This document shows positions 60,355 to 64,000 of a DNA stretch of 64,000 nucleotides, piece after piece. Each line of letters begins with the position of its first letter. Positions within the stretch are counted from its first letter, which is position 1. Made by a program: the position numbers and the translations under genes. This stretch comes from Verrucomicrobiales bacterium (GTDB lineage Bacteria > Verrucomicrobiota > Verrucomicrobiia > Verrucomicrobiales > V1-33): NCBI GenBank assembly GCA_031411295.1, contig JANOAV010000140.1:32001-96000 (forward strand), written 5' to 3'. Under the pieces are notes generated by a model, which saw only the letters and a list, made by a program, of their open reading frames with translations, was not told the origin of the DNA and searched no databases.

Positions 60355-60666
60355 TCACTCTCCCCCGATCACAACCAGTTTCCCCTCCCGCGCATCCAAG
60401 CAGCGCCACTTCAGTCCCCGTTGCGATTGCTTCGGTAAGTGCAGCGGCACCCCACCGACTTCAAAGCATTCATGCTCGGGAAGTTTCTTGGCCGGAATCC
60501 AGGTCAGGGTAACCCAACTCTCACCAGCCCGCGGACCTTCTTTGCAATGCACAAAGTCCAGACTCGGCACTCGCTCTTTTTGCTGGGCAGCATCCTGACT
60601 CCACCATTCCTTCAGGAAGGTGGTGAACTCCGTGGTGACGATAACTCCGCAGCGTAGGCGATCCAT
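60355..60666 (-). CDS. Small hypothetical protein (weak HesB/IscA-like pattern)
   Basis: Co-oriented 18 bp upstream of the AsmA-like gene; FEVGGVPLHL...LD pattern. Confidence 0.5.
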   Translation of the reverse strand: MDRLRCGVIVTTEFTTFLKEWWSQDAAQQKERVPSLDFVHCKEGPRAGESWVTLTWIPAKKLPEHECFEVGGVPLHLPKQSQRGLKWRCLDAREGKLVVIGGE

Positions 60667-60896
60667 AGGGGTGATTATTCTGCGAGAATTTTCGTGGATG
60701 CACGAGTAATTTTAGCTGGCTCTATGAAATTACCAGAATTTCTGAGCAAAAATTGGTTTTTAGGGAGTTTGCAGAAACCGAAATCGCGAAGACGCAGGAA
60801 ATTCGTTTGTTCCCGGTCGATTTCTCTTGGATTATGTGGCAAACTGATGCGATACTTAACGTCGCTTAACGAATTGTTTGTTAGGATTCTTGACTT

Positions 60897-61958
60897 ATGA
60901 CCACCGCCATTGAGCCTACCCCAGAACTCGGGACCGAAGTGCCCTTATCCCAAGTGGAAAAGGCGCTCAGCGCGCTTTTTGCCAGTGACGAGGCCGTGAC
61001 GCGTGCTTCACTGATGAATTTCGCAATTTATAGTGAGCATCCAGACTCGTTGGACGAGAACACGGACCTGATTCGACAAGTCACTCGCGAGCATGCCTGC
61101 CGGGCCATTCTGATTGCGGTTAATCCCGGGGCCGAGGCCTTGAAAGTGAGAGCCTGGGTCACGGCCCACTGCAACGTGGGGTCTGGGGGAGGGAAGTCCG
61201 TTTGCTCCGAGCAGGTGACGTTCCTCATTGAAGGGTGTAATGATTACTTGGTGGCCAATACCCTGCTGGCGCGTTTGGATTCGGATCTCCCGCTGGTGTT
61301 TTGGTGGCAGGGGGATTTCTCAGCCAATTTCGAGCCCACCCTCTACTCGCGGATTGATCGGTTGATCTTTGACAGTGGTTCCTGGGCTGACCCGCTAACG
61401 CAAATCACCCGCCTCGAAGAAGCCTATGCGGAGGGCACCACTCACTTCAATGTCATGGACTTGGCGTGGACCCGCGTGCTCCAGATGCGATTGGCCATTG
61501 CTTCCTGCTACGATGATCCCCTGGCTTTGGCGGAGTTGCCCAGAGTGAATGATGTCACCATTTGTCACCATCCCGCTCACTCTCTGGATGCCCGTATGCT
61601 GGCGGCTTGGATGGCTCATCAAGCGGGCTGGGAGTGGCAACTCCCAGGCGATGGCGACGCCTATCAATTACTCTCCAAGGAAGGAGTGGCCATCAGCTTG
61701 CGCTTCCATCCGGTGGTCACGGATTTTCCAGTCTCCTGCATTCGCCTCTGCGGTCCGAATGTAAGCTGCGAAGTCCAGCGGGAACAGAGCAGTCCCTTCA
61801 TTCGCAGCGTTATCGCCAGTGGCACCCACCAGACCCAGCAATTGCAACCGGCCACGATCAACACCCCAGCAGAGTTGATCGTCGAGCGCCTCCGCCGTGG
61901 CTGCAATAATCGGCTTTATTTCACCCTGCTAAAAACGGTCAGGAAATTATTAGCTTAA
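60897..61958 (+). CDS. opcA: Glucose-6-phosphate dehydrogenase assembly protein OpcA
   Basis: RASLMN, HACRAILI, VCSEQV, DLPLVFWWQG, DRLIFDS, DLAWTR. Confidence 0.85.
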   Translation: MTTAIEPTPELGTEVPLSQVEKALSALFASDEAVTRASLMNFAIYSEHPDSLDENTDLIRQVTREHACRAILIAVNPGAEALKVRAWVTAHCNVGSGGGKSVCSEQVTFLIEGCNDYLVANTLLARLDSDLPLVFWWQGDFSANFEPTLYSRIDRLIFDSGSWADPLTQITRLEEAYAEGTTHFNVMDLAWTRVLQMRLAIASCYDDPLALAELPRVNDVTICHHPAHSLDARMLAAWMAHQAGWEWQLPGDGDAYQLLSKEGVAISLRFHPVVTDFPVSCIRLCGPNVSCEVQREQSSPFIRSVIASGTHQTQQLQPATINTPAELIVERLRRGCNNRLYFTLLKTVRKLLA

Positions 61959-62156
61959 TTCCGCTTTAATCGTATTCTCCTTATTCCGTCTCGCTATTTG
62001 TTGCTTAATTTTGCTAATCTCATTGAACACATCTTTATTCCCTCGGTCTGATTAAACAGTGCCCGAATTACGCCGCACCAGCCGCCCGGAAACTTCTCCG
62101 CTACGGTTCCGTTTCTCCAAATTTGATCTCTGCTAACTTTTTCAAAAACTCCCTCC

Positions 62157-63518
62157 ATGGACACCCCAGACTATGATACCCCTGAACCAGCGGAAGCCAC
62201 GGCGGCCTCCGCCGGGCCTGCGGCGTGTGCCCGTGGGACACGTGGTTTGGGAGCTGTGCTGGGAAAACGCTGGGGGGTTATCCTGATGGTGTTCCTGCTA
62301 GGCGTCATCGGCACGATGTTCTATATCAGCACGCAGGAGAAAATCCACGTTGCCCGGGTTCAGCTCCAATTGCTCCCGCTTGGAGGGGCCGCTGTTTTTG
62401 CCAAAGGATTGGCGCAAAAAAATGCCAACTGGGTGGACACCGAGTGCCACATCATTACCTCCAGAGAAACCCTGCTTCACGTCGTGAGGGAGAAAGCGCT
62501 GGCCAAGCGATGGGATCTGGGAAATGATGACAATGCTGCCGCTGACAAACTGGCCAAGATGGTCGAAGTTAGTCGCGAGCCGAATACCGATTTGGTCACC
62601 ATTGAGGTTTACACGGGATTAATGGATGTGGCCGCCGAACTGGCCAATGCAGTGGCGGATGCCTATGAGGAGCGTGCCAAAGAATTCGAGAAAGGCCGGG
62701 CCGAGGCAGCCGTGAACATGCTTCAGGCTGAATTGGATAATCAGGAGAAGAAGGTCGAGGAGAAACGGGTCGCCATGCTCACGATCATGAAGAAGTATGG
62801 GATCATCGACTTTGCTGCGACGAAAGGAAGGTTTGAGGATGGCAGCACCGGAATTCAGAACGGAGCGGAAGAGGGCTTGCGCACCAACAAGGCACTGCTG
62901 GCAGCATACGATCAAGAGGTAACCAAATTGGGGGCCATGTCCAAGGTGCTCGGTGAAATCAAGGATCCGGTGCAATTTGCCACGGTCGTGATCGGCTTGA
63001 ATCAGGAGGCGGATGCCCTCAAGCAGTTGTTAACAAAGTATCGGCAATTAAAGGCGGCACCTGCCACTGCGGAGATGGCCACGCAACTGGAAGCCGTCAG
63101 CAAAGATTTGGCGCTGGAGGTGGACGCGGCAAAACAAGTCATGGCCGCCAAAATAGAAATCGCCCGCGCTGGGATGGAACACGTCACCCAGGCGGTCCAG
63201 GAAGAGGAAATGGAGGCGGTCGGGGGCAAAGCGCGCCAGTCCGAATATCTCATGGTCAAGCGGGAGTATGAACAACAATTTGCCCTGCTCAACGAAATGC
63301 GGGAGCACATTCTCAAGCAGAAAGTGGACCTCGAAATGCCCATGCTGGCCGCCCGCCGCCACGAAAGCGCCTATCCCTCCCCCAAAATTGTTCGCCCCGA
63401 AGGCGAGAAACTCCTCGCCATCGGCAGTAGTATTGCCCTCATGCTTGGGCTTGCGCTTGCCTTCATTTTGGAATATTGCCGAAGCGAACCGTCAGAATTT
63501 ACCGCTCAATCGTCCTAA
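62157..63518 (+). CDS. Wzz/Wzc-N (GumC-like) polysaccharide co-polymerase-type protein without kinase domain
   Basis: TM1, TE..IITS, AAELANAVADAY, long coiled coil, A.P.P..VRP, TM2 GLALAFILEY, then stop. Confidence 0.75.
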   Translation: MDTPDYDTPEPAEATAASAGPAACARGTRGLGAVLGKRWGVILMVFLLGVIGTMFYISTQEKIHVARVQLQLLPLGGAAVFAKGLAQKNANWVDTECHIITSRETLLHVVREKALAKRWDLGNDDNAAADKLAKMVEVSREPNTDLVTIEVYTGLMDVAAELANAVADAYEERAKEFEKGRAEAAVNMLQAELDNQEKKVEEKRVAMLTIMKKYGIIDFAATKGRFEDGSTGIQNGAEEGLRTNKALLAAYDQEVTKLGAMSKVLGEIKDPVQFATVVIGLNQEADALKQLLTKYRQLKAAPATAEMATQLEAVSKDLALEVDAAKQVMAAKIEIARAGMEHVTQAVQEEEMEAVGGKARQSEYLMVKREYEQQFALLNEMREHILKQKVDLEMPMLAARRHESAYPSPKIVRPEGEKLLAIGSSIALMLGLALAFILEYCRSEPSEFTAQSS

Positions 63519-63571
63519 ACTCCCTCCCACTCCCTCCCACTCCCTTAACGTCCTAACTCCCCCTTGCTGCC

Positions 63572-64000
63572 ATGAGAGAACCTATCGCTGAAGTTAAAAT
63601 GCACGCCCTTGATTACTGGCAAGTGATCCGTAATCGCTGGGGCACCATCCTGTTGACCTTCCTCCTCGTTTGTTTGGCCGCGCTGATCATTGTGAATCTG
63701 CTCGAAAAGAAACATGTGGGACGGGTGAAGTTGCAGGTCCACACCAAGTCCATGGATGGCGTCTTCAACAAAGACTTCGGCGGCACCAGTGCCACCTGGT
63801 TGGAGACCGAATTCAAAATCATCACTTCACGGGAAACGCTGCTTCACGTCGTGCGTGGCAAGGCGCTGGCTAAACGCTGGAACCTTGGCAACGACGACAA
63901 CGCTGCGGTCGATCGCCTCTCCCGGATGGTGGAAACCAACGAAGAGCGCGGCACCGATCTCATCACCATCGAGGTTTACAGCCCCAAGATGGATGAAGCT
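63572..64000 (+). CDS. Second Wzz/Wzc-N paralog (3' truncated by window edge)
   Basis: Manual translation from ATG 63572: MREPIAEVKMHALDYWQVIRNRWGTILLTF...TEFKIITSRETLLHVVRGKALAKRW...GTDLITIEVYS. Confidence 0.8.
   Translation, partial: MREPIAEVKMHALDYWQVIRNRWGTILLTFLLVCLAALIIVNLLEKKHVGRVKLQVHTKSMDGVFNKDFGGTSATWLETEFKIITSRETLLHVVRGKALAKRWNLGNDDNAAVDRLSRMVETNEERGTDLITIEVYSPKMDEA

Noticed and set aside
59432..60409. 325-aa alternative-frame ORF
   Set aside because: Arg/Pro/Gly-rich off-frame translation inside the AsmA-like gene.
60694..60900. 68-aa ORF overlapping the opcA start as a zwf remnant
   Set aside because: No G6PD-like motifs; AT-rich, promoter-like sequence.
1..64000. tRNA, rRNA, integrase or prophage genes
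   Set aside because: None recognised; intergenic gaps are short and show no cloverleaf or rRNA signatures by inspection.

Overview
A 64 kb segment from a GC-rich bacterium, very probably Verrucomicrobiota (PVC superphylum). This inference rests on a PEP-CTERM protein, a sulfatase, PQQ-like beta-propellers, a LysM gene between murD and ftsW, and a PVC-type ECF sigma/Ser-Thr kinase pair. The housekeeping backbone is hisB, parE, an 8-oxoG glycosylase, tkt, a partial dcw cluster (rsmH-ftsL-ftsI-murE-murF-mraY-murD-lysM-ftsW-murG), bcp, a GH2-galK-XylR-type sugar locus, opcA and two Wzz/Wzc-N paralogs. Accessory content includes: (1) a UPF0175/DUF3368 toxin-antitoxin pair; (2) a full-length RAYT/Y1-like HUH gene with a degenerate HUH motif; (3) an island at about 36.5-42.7 kb with two orphan RHS toxin-tip/immunity pairs sharing a 389-bp core repeat, tandem RAYT promoter-plus-5' stubs, a Uma2 endonuclease and a RAYT 3' remnant; (4) an ABC-ATPase plus TOPRIM-like pair, a candidate anti-phage system; (5) a 21-bp tandem array; and (6) scattered REP-like hairpins. 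The most striking observation is a co-oriented module of secreted protein, Ser/Thr kinase and ECF sigma factor in which the kinase ectodomain is a clear paralog of the adjacent secreted protein. No rRNA, tRNA or CRISPR array was recognised. All family calls come from motif recognition by eye, not from database searches.
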